This document shows positions 1-15,216 of a DNA stretch of 64,000 nt, in pieces (the stretch's first letter is position 1; each line of letters begins with the position of its first letter). The stretch lies in NCBI GenBank assembly GCA_002633005.1, contig NMRA01000055.1, positions 186,001 through 250,000 on the forward strand, written 5' to 3'. A model generated the notes under the pieces. It saw nothing but the letters and a program-made list of their open reading frames with translations. It did no database searches and was not told where the DNA came from. Made by a program: the position numbers and the translations under genes. This DNA is from Phoronis australis (Eukaryota; Animalia; Phoronida).

Positions 1-562
1 ACATAAACTTTGGCAATCAAATTTATTGGAACACCAATTAGTCTTAATTATCTAGAATAACATATTTATTAAAGGGAAAACTTAAAGCACATAAAATAAT
101 TACACCAGTCATCTTAAATACCTGAGTCCGGTGACTGCACTGGTGGGCCACCTGGTGGCAGGTTCCAGTCGGATTTCATGCGTACGGTAGACCTTGGCTC
201 AAGATATTCATCGTCGACGCGACGTGTTGGCGCTGAATTTCTGTCCATAATGAGTGCTTGACTACTTTCTCGCTCAGATCGGTTCAAAAACATTTAATGT
301 CTGAAATAGAAAGAGCAAGAGTTACTAGCGAAATATCTAAAGATAAAAGAGCCAGAGACAGTCCCAAATTATCTAAAGATGGATGAGGGGAGGGGGTGGT
401 GATGGAAGGACTGAGGGCAATGCTAAAGGCGAGGGGAGGAAGACTGAGAGTGTCAACTGGATAGAGGTATGAGTAGAGGGAGGGGGACACATTGACGGAA
501 AGGCAGAACGGAGGGACGGTGAAAGAAATGGCACTGTAATAAAAAAAATGACAACATGCATA

Positions 563-1373
563 AATTTTCACAATCATCCTTTGATCGGTTTGGTTGATAG
601 ATGGGTGGACACAAAAAAACAGACTCGAAAACAGTAAAAATGGCCACTAGGTGGCGCAAACTACATCGAATCCATCCGAAAACAGGAGGATAGCATCGCC
701 TCACTAATAGGTGCCTACATATTAAATTTCATGAAAATCCGTTAGGACTTTTGAAGATATAAAGGTAAAACGTAAAAAACTAAAATTGCCACTAGGGAGC
801 ACACCGGTAGTCAGATCTGTCCAAAAGTCATCTTCGTCTATTGTTAACATCATATAAATATACTTACTAAATTTTGTAAAGATCCTGCGAACGGTTTAGG
901 AGATATAGCCTCTTCATAGTTAGCACATACATGCCAATTTTTACAATCATCCTCTCAGCGGTTTGGTTGAACGAGGGGTGGACGCAAAAAACAGACTCGA
1001 AAAAAGAAAAAATGGCCACTAGGTGGCGCAAAATAAATCAAATCCATCCGAAAATGGGAGCATAGTGTCATCTCACTAATAGGTGTGTACATACCAAATT
1101 TCATGAAAATCCGTTCAGGACTTTTGAAGATACAAAGGTAAGCGTAAAAAAATTTAATTACCACTAGGGGGCACACCGGTAGTCGGATCCGTCCGAAAGT
1201 TCGCTCATGCCGTCCCATTCAAGAATGGAACATATATGCCACATTTCATGAACGTATGTCAAAGGGTTTTGGAGATAGAGCAGCGGACGCCGGACAGACG
1301 CCGCCCGGACGGACCAACGGACAGAGATGACGGCATAATGCGTCCACATATAAATATGTGGGCGCATAAAAAA
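563..1373 (-). mobile_element. DINE-1/HINE-like (Helentron-associated) non-autonomous element, terminal part with internal tandem repeats
   Basis: The - strand begins with a T-run and the hairpin ATGCGCCCACATAT-TT-ATATGTGGACGCAT (1338-1367), followed by a GTCC/GTCT-type microsatellite. Internal repeats have a period of about 373 bp (starts near 565 and 938) with CCACTAGG subunits near 645, 790, 1017 and 1161. Confidence 0.7.
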
Positions 1374-1791
1374 CACTGATGAGAGTCAAAACATTACGAC
1401 CGACGAAAAGTTCTAATCCAACCAAATAAACATCATACACACTATCACAAAAAATTAAAATTATTGAGAACTTTCTTGAAAATGTCAAAGAGAAACGGTC
1501 ATACAAAGCAAAATGCCTTACAAATAATGGTCATTAAACTTTTAGCCCAAACAAGAAAAAATCAACAATAAATAACCCAATTCCAAGAGCAACTGTTATG
1601 TATACTTGCCTCAGTAAGACATTGGCACAATTAACCCGAAAAGAAGAAAACATTGGGTTAAATGCGACATAGAAGTACTTCAAGCTCTTATCTAGTGGGT
1701 TACTTGGAGGGGACACAACTGATAAAAAGATCTGGGCTGTGATTACATTATGCACAGATATATCCTCAGCACAAATGTTGCAATGAATTAA

Positions 1792-2268
1792 AGGAGAATG
1801 CCACCCGATTTAATAAGTCTTTTTTGCCGTCTTAATCGGTCTATATCCACATCGCCTTGCATACGGTCGACCTTACCTTGCCGAGAGGTGTCACGTTAAC
1901 CTGTGAAAAAGGTGAGAAATGACGCAGCGACATCAGTGGTTCATTTGCAGAGTGAATGTCGCTAGGTTGCGGTGCATCGTTCCCGCTTGTCCGAACTAAG
2001 CAGCTGCGAGGAAAGCAGGTATATCGTCTTTTCGACTTCCTCGAGAGTTCGAAATGCTTCAATGAATTCAGGCGATAAGCCGACACCAGTAACCCGTGTT
2101 GTGAACTACTGAACAGACTGCGTGTGAAACCAATTACATCATTGTATAGTTTCAACACCTCCGTCTGCAGTCAGCTGTCAGGTAACGTAACCGTACGTAC
2201 CATTATCGAGTAGAAGTATTCGATCTAAATTGATACAAATTAGGTTGTTTTTTGTGCGGCATGCTCCT
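1792..2268. mobile_element. Kolobok-type non-autonomous DNA transposon
   Basis: TTAA flanks at 1788-1791 and 2269-2272; terminal inverted repeats AGGAGAATGCC / GGCATGCTCCT (10/11 match). Confidence 0.7.
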
Positions 2269-5200
2269 TTAATTTCACGAGGAGGAAAGTCTCATGAAAT
2301 TGAGTTACTGTAGTAGTAACAGGAAAGTATTCTGTAGACATATAGTTTCTTGGAAGAAAAACAATATTTCACAAAATCACACCAGTGAAAAGTGAATGAC
2401 TTGCGAGTATGCTCTGGAGTTTACTGGCCTATCCTGGCAAAATGGAGGCCAGTGATGTGATTGGTTGGCAAGGTTGGATTGTTGAATTGTGGGGTTTAAT
2501 TTACTTTTCCATTCCATACACAAGGATTCTTTGGCCACAAGTGCAAACTAATGTCTTGGGGTCTACACAGTAGGGGTCTACAGAAGGCAACCCAGGTCTT
2601 CTTCAAGGTGCTAGTCAACAGTTTGACAATTCTTGTAATCCCATCACGTTAAAAGGGTACAAACAAAGTAATTTGCAAAGCCAGGGATAACAAATTAAAA
2701 ACGCAATGATCGTTGTAGTATCCCTAATGAAACAGTCCCCAGACTCACAAATAAATTTATTGCCCAACTAAAAAGCCGTCTACAGACAAGATGTAATGTT
2801 TCCAAGTGAACATTGCCCGAAATAATCCCTGTATCTTTTCACGCAATTTTTTTCTAGAAAAATGTTTGCATCTCAACACAAACTTGGGATTCTGAATTCC
2901 AACAAATTTTGCAAGATTATTACAAAAAAAATTACTCAAGAGTTACCCGAGTGTTTGGTTTCCTCAATAAAAGTTCCAAGCCAGACTGTTCTTGACCTAT
3001 GGCATCATTGTAGTCTACTCCGGTAAAAATAATTCAATTTGGGGCAAAAATAATCACTAAAATGACCATATTTCCATTGTACAGAGGCTTACCACATTGT
3101 TACAAATGCTCAAATTTTTACCAAATGTCGTTTAGTAATAGCTACAACATGCAAACCATATGCTAGAAAAGCAAAGTAAATATTTTCAACAATAGATGTT
3201 TTTGTTGAGAAATTTGATAAAATGAAATTTCAACTGTTCGCCACATTGTGTCCAAAAATGAGGAAGACACAAACGGCAGAAAAGGCGCAGATTGAGAAAA
3301 GGTCCACGTATGGAAGACCATACGACATAGGTCACTTTAATGTTGCTATGAGGAAAGAATATTGTAGACATGTACAATAACCTATGCAAAACAAGATTTT
3401 ACATGATTACCATAGGTCAAGGGGGAATAAACTGACCAGTTGCAGCTGCCACTGCTACAGGTCAGTTGTAAATAAAGTAACTAGAAGAACACATCAACTC
3501 ACTACCTAACTACAGTACTTGGATGGGTTGACACCCATCCATAAGATTGCTTACAGTGCTGTAATTTTCAATAATGCTCAACTTAACACCAATCCCACTT
3601 CAATCAACACTTCCTTAGACATGCTAGTGTCTTTATGAATGTTTTTGTCTCATGAGAATTTTGTCTCTTATTATGCAACTCGCTTACGTTAAAATCTCAC
3701 CAATATGGCAAATGTGAGAAATTTTATTTTTTCATTTTATCCATAAAAGATGCTTAGCACTACATCAATAGTTCTCAGAGTTCAAGTTCTGTACCACAGC
3801 CATCACCAGGGCTATCAAAAACTTCTTTCTAATAACACCACTTTCCACTGTCGACAGTTATGAAGTGATTGAGAGTGTGCTTGGTGTATCAAATGTGACA
3901 AGTCAACCTATCTAGCCAGATCCTAAGCAAAATGTGAATAGGCTAACTTTTTGATCATTCACACGACAGGTAGCACATATTGTAGTCGGGAGGGGTGGGG
4001 GGAAGGGGTAACAAAAAAGAACTTTAGGAACAATCAATTTCATGAAAAATACTTGAGGAACTCCCATGACACCAGAAAAGGCCGTTTAGACAACTGTGTC
4101 ACTTAGACAGCCACACTTGTACAAGGTTGAGTTTATTGGACAAATGCCACATCTATCTCTCACTGAAAAATCTGGAGTTCTAAATTGACCATAGGTCAAG
4201 TGGTCATTCAGCAGGGATACTACACCCCAATGAGGTTCAATGTGGACATTAGAATTCACAAAAGATGCTCAATACAATAAATAAATAGGGTACTGTGAAT
4301 TAACCAATACAAACTACACAAAAGATGGTGGCAGGTCAAACATGAATTCAGAAGTTCAGCCACATTGCCACCTATAGTCACCTGGGAGCATTTGTGAGTC
4401 ACTCCTGAATCTGTGCGAAGTTCAAGTCATCTAAAACATGCACAAGATTGTGAAGAAGATATGTTCACGAATAATATCAAATTATACGCAAACAGCAAAA
4501 ATTTTTAATGTAGGACAAACATTCTCGACTTCACTTATCCATTTTTCTAATTTTGATTGACATAACTTTTTAAATGTCCAAGTGTCCTCATAATTGCTTT
4601 GAAAACAATTGAAACTACAGCATATATGCTGTAAATTCTTCTAAAAATGGAGTTAGTGAATCAGCCATCACTTCCAGGGCTCACACACACTGCACAACCA
4701 ACAGTAAAGGCAACACTGATCACTTACAATAACAACTGTGCGAAATTCACATAAATGTTTTGTCAAGCTGAAGTTCAACAAAAACTATACATACGAAACA
4801 TACATACGAAACTTACATAGGCCTACGAAACATACCCTGGGGTGGAAGAAGGCCCAGACAGTTTACTACCTCAGACAAACAGTTGAAGCCTCTTAGTGAC
4901 AAAAACACCTACTCACAAAGAACATTCTGAATCACAAATTAAGTCTAAATCTGTAGAAATAGCAAACCAATTAAGCCAAACTCCTTCTTTCAAAATTCCA
5001 CCCCTTACCTAGATGTCAGCCATAATACCTGTATCTGTGACTAACACTCACAACCCCTTTCAAGTCAGGCTCACTAATGAATTAATCATAAATCCAAAAT
5101 TGTTCTAATTTCATTGTCTTTTACTAGTCACGCTGTTTACAAATGTTGGAACATCAAACCTTTGAACAATCACTGACAAACTGTTCACCCTCAGTAATTC

Positions 5201-6873
5201 TCAAAATAGCCTAAACATAACTTGACAGAACAAGAAGCACATGTTACTGCTAGCTAACTTTAGTTGTGATTAAGCAATAATTTGTGCTGGCTTTTAGCCA
5301 AACTGGATTAGACATTCAAAACACTTTAATTACAACCACCTTGAAGTAATAGGGTTCCAATACTTACAAGAAATACTTCATCATGGTGTTGTGTTCGGTC
5401 CAGCAATAAAATTAAGACATGTTTCAAAATCTATGACCTTGTATTTATAACAGCTGGAATGCCAGTGACAATGAAGCACACCTATGTGCTGTAAAATTCA
5501 ATCTAAATCCAGGTCACCACCAGAGAGGTGTTTATGTGCTGTTCACTCCCTTGTAAACATTCAACTGCTGGATATTTATGGATATATAATAACACTGGGG
5601 AGTGTTGACAAAAGTCACATGGTCTCTTTCAATGGGACTCAAGCAATAAACTGAAGTTGGGCTATCCACGTGTTTTTCTAATACTTGGTCTGGGGCCTTA
5701 TTAACTACTGGGCACCAGTTTCAGTGTAGCCCAGTGTCCTGGATAGAAAAAAATGAGCTACGCCCCCACACCATACAGGCCTAAAAGTTTCGCATCCTGG
5801 TCCAAAAAAATGGCAAAGTTATAATACAAAGTCAATGGTTAACTGACAAGAACAATGAATGATGATACGCTATTGGGAGTCAAGAGTACAACTCTAACAA
5901 AATTCATAAGATATCCAAGATATCAGAAGACCACAATTTCAAGGCGTAGGGCTTTGTGTTTTGCATAGTTCCCTCAACTTTTAATCAAAGAGAGTAGCAC
6001 GTTGATTGGAATCGCTCCCATGACCAGACACTATTTATCATTACAGACTCATATATCATGCGCAGTGTCTTTTCTCTGCCCTCCATGTTTCATAGTGTGT
6101 AGTTTGTAGACGTGAATTTTATAGCTCTCAATAAATCAGTTATGGATTGCAAATCAACATACATTTCTGTAACCATTTTAAAATAATTATGAATAATAAA
6201 AAAAATCAAAAAATGACAAGTGTATTTGAAACAGTTGTATTATACAAGATTTTCAGATTCATTTTTGTATTAGCAGCTATACTCCTTGGCATTATAAAAA
6301 ACAGACGTAACAGCAATTCTCCTAACTTCAACAGTCAATAAATGGCTTGCACAAGGGTACTGCGACCAAGTTAGATATAAGTCGAAGTTGATCCAAGCAT
6401 ACCATTAGCGCCTCCTTATGTCAACCGGGTTCGCATTAAACATGGCGTAAACCGGCTTAAGGCACACGTTGCCTTATAATTATTGTGCAATTATTACGAT
6501 ACGTAATACATCGAAAGAAGTTGGTGTTCAAGGCATTCAGAAAATGTTTGGACTTGCAACAAAAACACTACTTTAATAAAGTTGAGGGATCTGTGCAAAA
6601 TATTAATCATTCTCATCTGAGGCGCTAAATTACGCATCACGCTCTCTATGCAAACGTTTGGAATTTGACCACAGTCAACTAATTCGAAACTGTGTGTTAG
6701 TTAGAGTGCGCAGGTTCTGCATTTCGTGACAATAAGACTCTTTGCAAAGTGTTACGCGTTCCCCAAGTCATTCGTTAAAACATCTGAAGCATTAAAAAAC
6801 AAAGCCTGGCCAAATATTCTCCGTCTGGAAAACAAAAACTATTTTCAGCACAACGTTAAAAAAATAAAAATGA

Positions 6874-7582
6874 TAACCAGAAAACGTGGAAATGCCCTCA
6901 TTCCTGCACCGGAAACAGTATGCTACTAGGGGTGTTTAATGTTAGTATCATGAAAATAGCCACCAGGTAGCAGAGAATATGTCGAACCCGTCCAAAACTA
7001 GGAAGGCATGGTCTCCATAATGGAAACTTATTTGTCACATAACATGAACTCTGAAGACGGAGAATGAAGCATATAAAATAAACTTGCTACTAACGGGCAA
7101 AGTAGTATTCAAACTTGTTTGAAAGTTGTTGCTATCTGCTGCCATGGTCATAGGAATACATTAGCCAAATCTCAAAAAATCCTCCATGGGGTTTAAGAGA
7201 TACAGGGTGATGCAACAAAAGAAATAAAAATTGCCTCAAGGGTTGCCACAGTAGGTGGACATACCTGAAAATCAACACCAGCCCTGGTTTTCTCAACAAG
7301 AACACATTTACAATTTCAATACCATTATCTTTCGAGCAGTTTAGTGGATACAATGGCAGACACCAAAAATAGACTTGTAAATAGTAAAAATGGCCACTGG
7401 AATGGCGTATAAAATACTAAAATTGTCACGAGGAGCCGTCATCATCACCATAGCAACATATCTGCCAAGTTTCAGGAAAATCTTCCACGGGGTTTGGAGA
7501 TACAGCCAAGGACACTGGAGACCTGGACAGAGATGATTGCAATATAGGATGCACCACATATATGTAAGTGGCCGTGTAAAAA
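6874..7582 (-). mobile_element. Degenerate copy of the HINE-like family
   Basis: Shares AAAATGGCCACT, AAAATCTTCCACGGGGTTTGGAGATACAGC and GGACAGAGATGA blocks with 563-1373 and 16999-19071, plus a decayed terminal hairpin and A-run. Confidence 0.6.
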
Positions 7583-8866
7583 TACAACTGACATTTTCAT
7601 TTCTTGTGGCTAATTAATAGTAGTGCCAATCATCAATAATAAAAATGTAGTTGTCGATCCTTCCAGGAAAGTTAATTGTAAATCGAATTGAACCTGCACA
7701 GAGAACAGGGAGGCATTCAGGAGGCTATATCCCTCACTGAACAAACAAGGTAGTGTTCGGTTCAAAGTGTCGTCTGCTTGGGATGGGAGTTGGTGAGTAA
7801 GGCTAGATCTCGTGAAAAAGCAAGAGACTACGGTTCCCGCCAATCCACAGTAACATTTTCCAATCAAGGGTGTGATGCCTCTGAAATTCTAGGAGTTTAA
7901 TTTTTTATCTTCCAGCAGACCAGATTCAACTCGGATTTAAAACACTTATCACCAATGCCTTGTAGCGCTTAAACTAAAACGTATCACAAATCAGCTTCAC
8001 ACGTCATGTTGGACACCCACATTGTATCTTAGAACCATTTTAACTTCAATTTGCTACTCAAAACACTTCATTTTTGCCCAAAACAGTCAACTTCAATGCA
8101 CCAAAAACTACTTGAATTGTTGTGAAGTTCAACTGCAGCTCGGGACAATGTATTTTTTGTAGGAATCTTATCGCATGTCGGCCAGAAACTTCAGATTAAA
8201 GAATGCCGCCAAGGAAATTAACTGAATACTACATGACCTCAAGAATCTAGATTACAATCAGAATTTGAAATAATTGGAAACAGTTGTTTCCATTTGTCAG
8301 TGGCGTACAAGGTCTACCACCATTCTTAATTACCACAAAAACAGTCCTTTAACTGTGTTAATTATAATATTTTTAGTATCCAACACAAGAATTAACATAA
8401 ATGAAAATGACTATCGCAGTTATGATAGATTAAAAAAGCAATCACTTTCAATACATTACAAGAAAAGTACCATATGCACAAAAGAAAATTCTCCAATTCA
8501 GGAGTCTCTAAAATTTCAGACATCAATTTGAAGTCAAAATTGAGTTGAAGATTGCGACACAGGCCACTATGGTTCTCATCCTATTTCTCAAATATCAGAT
8601 AAAAAGTATAATTGGTGACCTTGAACTTGGGGTGGCCAATACTGCCTCTTTCTAAAACAAAATTGCCACTAAAGTGATGGTGGGGGAGGGGCATAGTAGT
8701 CAAGTACAACCCCACATCAACATCAGCCATAGTCTTCTCGACACATCTGTCTACTTTCATCATGGTCCTTTGAGCAGCTTTGCGGATACAGAGGTGAATG
8801 CTAAATGGACTTGAAAATAAAAAAGGTAACTAGGTGTAGCAGCAAACGTCAAATCCATCTTAACCA

Positions 8867-10252
8867 TATCCCAAACCTTACTCACAAAAATTGGCCATTT
8901 TTACAATATTTCAAATATGTCTACCAAAATACCTTATCTTCATTCTTGGGGAACTTCAAATATGAAATATATACCATATAGCAAGAAAAATTGGCAAAAC
9001 CCGCATCTCGGAACTGCACAACCGCGTGGAGATTTGTTTACTACTTATGCAAAGTCAAAGATTTCGGGACTGTCGTTCAAATCGAATCTCCCACCACGCA
9101 CAGAACAGCTCTGTATGTACCTTCACTCCTTTCAGTCACCAAGTTGACATAATGTTGCGTCAACGACATGTACATATGATAGTAAGATGCTGGGGAAAAT
9201 GGAGACAAAGCGTAGCTTTGATCCTGAGTTGTGTCTGCATGCATACGACTGTTGCGAATGAAAGCTACAAATCACCTCACACCTTAGTAGTGACTTAGTG
9301 TTCATGAACACGGCAAGTTGTAAAGAGATAAATGCTCATCCAAATTCTTTTTAAGTCAGGTAATTTGACATTTCGCTGTTTCGATCTCATGCTCACGAGG
9401 TGCTTTTAACCACTGACCGATTTATGTATCAATTTTGTACTTGGTTTTCATATCAGTCCCTCAGCACGTGATGTGTGTAACAATGAACTGTTGACCTACT
9501 TTAAAGTGGACCACAATGCAACAGCTTGGCCCACTCAATATGTTGATTTCGCCTGCGTGCCCCAGTTGGATTCGACGCATAATGATAAAACGTTTTGTGA
9601 TAATTAAGTTAATTATGCACTGCAAATTCAGATAACACTGCGCGTGAATGTTGAAATAATGAATGTGGCTAATGGGTGTATAGGTTATATTGACCAAAAG
9701 CAAGTTTTCACCGAAAAATTAAATGAAGTCCTTCAGATTTTGATGCCTCCCCACATAAATCAGCTTTTTCTCGGCTTCAGCAAATCAACTTGATTTGAAC
9801 TTAGAAACACGAGTTCTCAAAACGGCTTGGTGGATTTCGCCGAAACTTTCCATACTTTCCATTTATTCATTTTCAATACAAACGTCTAGTTTTAGCGTAA
9901 TGTAAGAAAGACGAATACAACTTCTATTTTTTGCAAACTTATTTGTCATAGAAATCAAACAAAAAGGCTAATAAAAATTCCTAACAGCATTTTAGAGGTA
10001 ACTGGTGAAATTTTTATAAAAAGTTTCATTAAAATCGACTGAGGAGTTATTTTTCTATCAATGTACCTTTCTTAAACATGGAATTTTGACTTAAAAAGGT
10101 GTTTACATAAAAACAATGATACATAAATATAAAACTGATTTGTCATATTCCCTGATCTTTTTTCTTTCAGAAAATATATACTTTTACAGGTTGGCAGCTT
10201 AGTTTTTTGATAAACGAGTTAGAATGGAGGCCACTAAATAAGGTTTGAGATA
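8867..10252. mobile_element. Non-autonomous DNA transposon nested in a HINE-like copy (host pieces about 8600-8866 and 10253-10460)
   Basis: 14-bp inverted termini TATCCCAAACCTTA (8867-8880) / TAAGGTTTGAGATA (10239-10252), 13/14 match. Host repeat motifs resume on both sides. Confidence 0.5.
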
Positions 10253-10758
10253 ACCCTAAAATGAGAAGGCGCCTTTGTCACCTTAATAGAAACCTATTAG
10301 CTAATTTCATGAAAATCCATCAAGAAACTCTGATATAAAGGCAGATAAAAACTAAAATTGCCACTAGGAAGCACAGCAGTAGTTGGATCACTCCGAAACT
10401 TTTGGACATCTGTCACCAGCTTCATAGGAACATCTGCTGAATCTCATCAAGATCCCCATTTAAGTATGGGATGGGGCTTTTCCTAGAAGGATACAATGTG
10501 ACAAATCCATGTGTCACAGTATCTTTTTAAAATCTCAGAATGATACAGCAGGAGTTGAATGAGAGCATGCTTAAACCCTTAGAATGATATTAGTTTAGGA
10601 ATGCACCTCTTGTGGTATGTTTTAAACTCTAAGAATGTGCATGCCCATTATTTAGTTGGCACTGGCACTGTAGTTGTAGTAACAGAAATCTAATGCATAG
10701 TGGTGTCTTGGTTGCCCGTTATTCCGTTGATGGAATGCAGGAGTGACGATCTGAAGAC

Positions 10759-12086
10759 TAGGGTTTCCCCTACATGTAAACTTCTGGGCGGCCCGCCACG
10801 CTCCTTTTTGGCCCTGCCACTCATAAATCATACTCAAATTCACCACCACACACCTAATCGTGACGGTGAAACTTCAGTGCCACGCAAAAATCGCTAGTAA
10901 AAATGGGTGCTAGGAAAAATGATGGCTAGTAAAAATGATGGCTAGTACAATGATCTTTAGTAAAATGATCGCTAATAAAAATGATCTCTCGTAATAATGA
11001 ATAAGCACAAGTCACAAGGCACCTTTCGCTGTTAGTGGATCGAACGGGAAAAATAACAATTTTACAATGGGCTCTTGAATTGTGCCCCCGTTAAACACAA
11101 TGATTCAATCCCCTTTCGTACCTCATCTCTGCCTGGTTATCCGACAATGCACTTACACGTAATACAGCTGGGGACCAGGCCATGACCTCAATCCGAATTT
11201 TCTAAAATCATGGTGAAGCGCCAAGGCTTGTTAATGAAGTAAGGAACAGTAAGCTTTCTCCTTCATTCATTTTATCGTGTCCAAGTTTACAAAAGATATT
11301 GTTAATTATACTGCAGGGCGTGACATTCAACTGTTTAATCAACCGTAGACCTGCGCCAAAATGACAATATTGAATGGAAACCAGTCTAAGATTCGTCTGC
11401 ATGGACTGGATTATACATCATCTGCTACGCTGGCCAATGTCAATCCACTATAGCTGATTTATGTTTAGCAAGACGACATCAACGGAAGTTTCGTTATACG
11501 AATTAGTTTATTACGTCTAAAAAGTTCAAATAATTTTTGTTCTACGTTCGTCACATCGTGGATAACTGAATGTTAACACTGTGTTTTGTACTAAAGTGCG
11601 TCTACAAGTGTGTCTCAACAGACATCACGCTATGATCTATGCCGGACACTTCATTGCCAATTTGTCTTGCGAAGTATCCTTTACCCAGATACTTCCACTA
11701 CAAGATGCTCGGGTTAAGGTCTTATCTATGTTGAGTAAACTTGTATAATGCACCAAACTGCACCCAATTACATTTAGTTTTCCAAATTTTGCCTGGGGAA
11801 GGTCTCCCAACAACCCCCCTCCCCAATGGGAGGATCTCACTTCGTCCCATGTTCGCATGTGGCGCCGGGTTCCGCATCCGTGCTCTGAGCAAATATTTGC
11901 AGACAAAATGTCGGGCCCCCCTTGTGATATCCTAGATCCGCCACTGCGAGCATTCATCACCACGCTCCTTTCGAAACCCAGGCAATAGGGGGATCCCACT
12001 TCTCATATTCACGTGTGGCAACGGGCTTTGCACCCGGTTTTGGCCATTCGCTACCACGCTCCTTTCAAAACCCAGGGGAAACCCTG
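10759..12086. mobile_element. hAT-like non-autonomous element containing the end of a second hAT-like element
   Basis: Termini TAGGGTTTCCCCT / AGGGGAAACCCTG. The subterminal motif CCACGCTCCTTT recurs near 10796, 11960 and 12054. An internal end ...GATATCCTAGATCCGCCACTG finishes at 11946. No target-site duplication (TSD) recovered. Confidence 0.45.
10890..11000. repeat. Degenerate tandem repeat, unit about 16 bp (GCTAGTAAAAATGATG-like), about 7 units
   Basis: Directly visible periodicity. Confidence 0.75.
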
Positions 12087-13266
12087 CATCGTTTGTATCT
12101 GATGCACTCAGTGTCACTTTCCTTACTAAATAACATCAGATTACAATTGTGGAAAGTCAACAGGTTTTCTCAATACTATTCCTATTGAGAAAGGCTCATA
12201 AAATTGGATCCCGGGCCAACCTCATCGTGCCATCCTTACAGAACTCTCTACCTCTACAGAAATCAGCAAGAACGTTGTCCAGTTGCTTTTAATACAAGTA
12301 TCATTGGTTTATCATCTTTGTACTACCTTATCACTGTTTTTAAGTCAAAGTTAGCACTGGCAACAAAACCTCAACAGACTGTTTTACAGCAAAACTCCTC
12401 CCCAGAAATTGTCTGACTGTGTTCCTAATTTAGGTACAGTTGTAACATTTGCAAACACAGAAGCCAATAAGAATACAAACTAGCCAATTTGTTCCAATAG
12501 CCACAGGTGGCATATGGAGATCTACACAAAACAGGTAGAAGAAGCACTATTTGACAACACCTTTGTCCCTGTGACTCAACTTATTTTCAATATGTAACCT
12601 AGTTAAAACTCCATGATACCTTATCAATAGTCACAGCAATGTGATAAATGATTATCACTAGGAAAACACAATCTCAAACTAAATTTTTTGAACAAAAGGG
12701 AACAAGGGGCATTTTTTTCAAAGGTCACAACACGGTGGTAACTTTGATTATAATTTTTATACAGGTCATTAACGTGACTCATCAAGTCGGTCATTACGCA
12801 TGGATACAAAAAAATCATCAACTTTAAGCGTCAGTTGCAACATTTTCTTTTAAAAAATGCAGCGCCGCATTTGCAATAATCTACCCAAGACCGTCTTACA
12901 TATGACCGGGGTTACAACATTTGATAAAACAGTCAACATTTTAGAAACGAGAGTATTCGGTAATTCACCCACACCGGCGTTACGCCTACGGGCATTTATA
13001 TTATAGGACTAATGGGCCATGTTAGTATTTTGTCCTTTTTCGCTTCCAATTTTTAAAATGGGCCGCTTGGCCCGAGTTGAGCAACCACAGCACGTCAATG
13101 AAATTATTTTAGCGCCAATGACATAAAATGGGCCTCAAATGCATACTTTCAAAATATTTGCAGAAAGGTCTGCATGTGTAAATGTAAAATCAAGTAAAAT
13201 AAACAAATATTTGTGATAGACATACTAATACTAAGTTCCATTCCAGTAACCACCCAGGGCACTTAA

Positions 13267-14103
13267 AGGGATAGTACGATTTTGACAACCAAAATGCATT
13301 TTTAAGATTATTATTGGGCAGGAAAGACTATAACCAGCGCAATAACATTTATAGCACCTTTGCGTTTTTTAACAAACTGCCGTTGTCTGCATTTAATAAA
13401 ATCAAGGTTGGTGACTTGTCAGAGAACAATTAACACAAACACTGCTGATAGGGCGCAAGTGTGTGTGTAAACATGATTGACTAAAGTGGAGTAAGTCATG
13501 CCATGACAACTCGCACTGTGACAACTGTCCCCCCCAGGTGTAAAAACAGCGATTAATACGCTTAAACTACTAGGTTCCCAGTTTAAATTTGAGCTTAGGA
13601 CTGTTCTCATACAAATCATTTTTCTTGCCAATAATGTCCATTTGAATACAAGGGAGGTAAAAAGCAAGGACTAGGTGTTAACCCGAACATGGGTACTTAA
13701 AAACAAATGTTTTGAGAAGTCTGGGGATGAGTACATACCAAATGGTCAATCGACTTTATGCCCACAGGGGGCTACACTGATGTTGGACTTCCCATATAAC
13801 AGTCAAATAAAAATTGATAGCTCACTGCCCGCAAAGTTGAAAGCCAAATGCAATTTTGGTTCAGTCCTCAGTCTCCCACCTACCTGGGCTGTTTACAACT
13901 GTCAATCAAACACAAAGCCATCAACCTCCAGGCAAATGCCAGTACACATTTGAACTTTGTCTTTGCTGCTTTTTTGCCAAGGTGCTAGGCCGAACTTTGC
14001 ACTTCAGAAGTCAATTACACAGTTGGCACTTCTTCAAACCATTAAGTGACTGGTTAATCAGTTTATGTCCAATCACAAGAAGTGACACTGGAAATCTATC
14101 CCT
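13267..14103. mobile_element. Possible Kolobok-type non-autonomous element
   Basis: TTAA-AGGGATAG (from 13263) ... CTATCCCT-TTAA (to 14107). Only an 8-bp TIR match. Confidence 0.4.
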
Positions 14104-14580
14104 TTAAGGTAAACATTCCTTAATTTAAGATGGTTTCTCAAGTTAGGACACAGGAAGCTTGTCAGAAAAAGATAAATTGTTACCATTTGTGATTCAACAG
14201 AACACTCCCCCCCAAATGGAGGGGATTAAAGGTCGCAATATATTCAAAATCTACACCAACATAATAGTTGAGGAACCAGAAGTAACAGTACCTGAGACAT
14301 TAATGCCAACTGACAAAAATCCTACCTAGTGGCCACAAAGTCAGAATAAATACTCAAGACAAAATATCGAGGATGACAGTACATAGCTACCAAGTAGTCG
14401 GCAATTCCCTAATGTCTTCCGCTGGTAACAAACCCCTGCCAGGAAATTTCCATACAAACCTTTCCAATACTATGTATCCAGTTTTTAACGACCAATGATT
14501 CTCATTTGTCGGTTACAAATCAAGGACACGATCGCAAATTTTAGAAATACCACGGGTCTGTTTCAAGAAACCATTTCTGT

Positions 14581-15216
14581 CTTATTTGACTTAAAACCCT
14601 TACCAACCCCTGGTAGATAGCGCCTCTGCGACTGAGCGCCATCGAATCCTGTTGTTCGCCATCTGCCTTATCTGCCACATGCTGAACACGGTTTCACGAA
14701 GTTCTGTTTCTATTGTGCTCCTCCAGGTTTGGACCTGTCTGTCTGGTCGACGACTTCACTGCAAGTTCTACAACAGAGCTTGTTTTGTGATGCTGTCGTC
14801 AAGTATTCTGAGAGTGTGTCCAACCCACCTCCATTTTCGCCGCTTTATCTGAGTCTCCACACTTTCATGCTGAGTTCTCCACCAGACCTCTTCGTTTATC
14901 ATCGGATTCTATCCGACCATTTTATCAGTAGGATTTGTCGAAGACATCTATCTACGAAGACCTGGACTGTGTAACAATGTTTTAGTAAGTCTCCATGTCT
15001 CTGAACCGTAAAGAACAGACATCATATAAGAGGTGAAGATTCTTAACTTTAACTTGAGTGACTAGGTCTTTCAGCTCCATACAGGCTTTAGCACAGCGTG
15101 TGACTGACGAGATTTCCTGATGCTTGCTTTAATGTCCTCTACAGTTCCCCCACTTGTGCTAACGACACTCCTCAGATAAGTAAATTCTGAGACATTTTCA
15201 ATCTCTTCACCATCCA
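14581..15216 (-). mobile_element. RTE-clade LINE 3' fragment (decayed reverse transcriptase C-terminus)
   Basis: The - strand translates with stops and frameshifts to EIENVSEFTYL...VLYGSETWRLTK...QIKRRKWRWVGHTLR...KQAL...NRIRWRSVAEAL, typical RTE ORF motifs. Confidence 0.85.

Noticed and set aside
300-345. Hammerhead-like string TAGAAAGAGCAAGAGTTACTAGCGAAATATCTA
   Set aside because: It has a stem plus GAAA, but no acceptable CUGANGA or UUGANAA core.
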